Assembly: GCA_038230375.1 (NCBI GenBank)
Contig: JBBRNJ010000125.1
Span: forward strand, 1-17,370
Length of the DNA stretch: 17,370 bases
Reading direction: 5' to 3'
Source: Polyangiales bacterium
GTDB taxonomy: Bacteria; Myxococcota_A; Polyangia; Polyangiales; Polyangiaceae
Made by a program: the position numbers and the translations under genes. The notes under the pieces are model-generated. The model was not told where the DNA came from. It searched no databases and saw only the letters and a program-made list of their open reading frames with translations. Positions 16,528-17,370 of this stretch are shown here, in pieces (the first letter of the stretch is position 1; every line of letters begins with the position of its first letter).

Positions 16528-17370
16528 ATGAAGTACAAATCCTTTCTTGTTTCTTCGGTCCTTGCCCTCACCACGCTCTTCGGCACCGGCTGCGGTGGGG
16601 CCATGTACCAGGCCAGCCAGGGCGCTCGATTCGAGCCGGACTCCACGCGCGAGATCAACGACGACGAGGTCCGCGCGGCCTTCGATGCGTCGCCGCAGGT
16701 GAAGGACACCAGCAAGGTTGCATACTACACGTTTGATGACAACCGCTCCGCGGACATCGAGGCGATGCTGTCGACCACGCCGCACGTCACGAGCGTCTAC
16801 AAGATCCCGCGGCTGCTCGTCACCGGGCAGCACCCGTTCCAGGAGGGCGGCGGAGGTCCGCCACAAGAGGTGAGCCTGAAGAAGCTGCGGCTCCTTGCCG
16901 CGCGGGCTCATGCCGACGTCCTCGTGGTGTTCGACCACGGCTATCGCGGTGGTGGCGCGAACGCGCTCGTCGCCCTGAACGTGCTGCTCGTTCCCATCCT
17001 CTTCACGCCGTGGCTCTCCAGCGAGACCGAGAGCTTCGCGCAGGCCTTCGTGTTCGACGTGCGCAACGGTTACCTCTATGCGGACTTCACGACGAAGGAC
17101 AAAGGCGGCGATCGCTTCGTGACCATCTACGGGAAGAGGCCGGAGGACGTCGCGAATGATCAGTGGCCCAAGCTGCTGGGGGACGTGAAGGCGAAGGTGG
17201 GATCGACGCTGGAGCCCACGACGACGACGACTTCGACACCGACGACGACGACGACTTCGACACCGACGACGACCTCGACTTCGACACCGACGACGACCTC
17301 GACTTCGACACCGACGACGACCTCGACTTCGACACCGACGACGACCTCGACTTCGACACCGACGACGACC
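16528..17370 (+). CDS. Putative lipoprotein with C-terminal Thr/Ser/Pro repeat; runs off the window
   Basis: Hand translation: MKYKSFLVSSVLALTTLFGTG-C (lipobox)...SLKKLRLLAARAHADVLVVFD...ANALVALNVLLVPILFTP...AQAFVFDVRNGYLY...STLEPTTTTTSTP; no stop before 17370, so absent from the ORF track. Confidence 0.8.
   Translation, partial: MKYKSFLVSSVLALTTLFGTGCGGAMYQASQGARFEPDSTREINDDEVRAAFDASPQVKDTSKVAYYTFDDNRSADIEAMLSTTPHVTSVYKIPRLLVTGQHPFQEGGGGPPQEVSLKKLRLLAARAHADVLVVFDHGYRGGGANALVALNVLLVPILFTPWLSSETESFAQAFVFDVRNGYLYADFTTKDKGGDRFVTIYGKRPEDVANDQWPKLLGDVKAKVGSTLEPTTTTTSTPTTTTTSTPTTTSTSTPTTTSTSTPTTTSTSTPTTTSTSTPTTT
17215..17370 (+). repeat. 24-bp tandem repeat (CCGACGACGACCTCGACTTCGACA), 6.5 copies visible, encoding PTTTSTST
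   Basis: The first two units are variants (PTTTTTST), the next four are identical, and the last is cut by the window end. Confidence 0.95.

Noticed and set aside
17087..17359. Minus-strand ORF with SKSRSSSV repeats
   Set aside because: Antisense shadow of the Thr-rich repeat; the plus-strand frame has a signal peptide and coherent protein sequence.
17215..17370. CRISPR array
   Set aside because: Units are head-to-tail with no unique spacers, are in frame with a CDS, and no cas genes are present.

Overview
High-GC bacterial DNA that reads like a myxobacterium (Polyangiales-style lipoproteins; inferred, not proven). From left to right: a HEAT-repeat protein cut off by the left edge (minus strand, absent from the ORF track); an ABC-2 permease/ATPase pair; an OprB/MnoP-type outer-membrane porin; a Cys-rich beta-propeller-like lipoprotein; and a peroxisome-like beta-oxidation pair (MFE-2/HSD17B4-like SDR + hydratase with three SCP2 domains, then an SCP2-type thiolase). 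The most interesting part is 11587-16362. Two divergent cytochrome P460-like lipoprotein genes are there, and one carries an N-terminal (AGCPA)n cysteine repeat and heads a tightly coupled operon with a DUF692 MNIO enzyme, a DUF2063/HvfC-like partner and an unknown CxxCH protein; a LysR regulator converges on the operon. This looks like an MNIO (RiPP-type) system whose substrate is a heme-c lipoprotein rather than a small peptide. The window ends inside a lipoprotein gene with a 24-bp Thr/Ser/Pro tandem repeat. All family calls come from motif recognition by eye; no searches were run.
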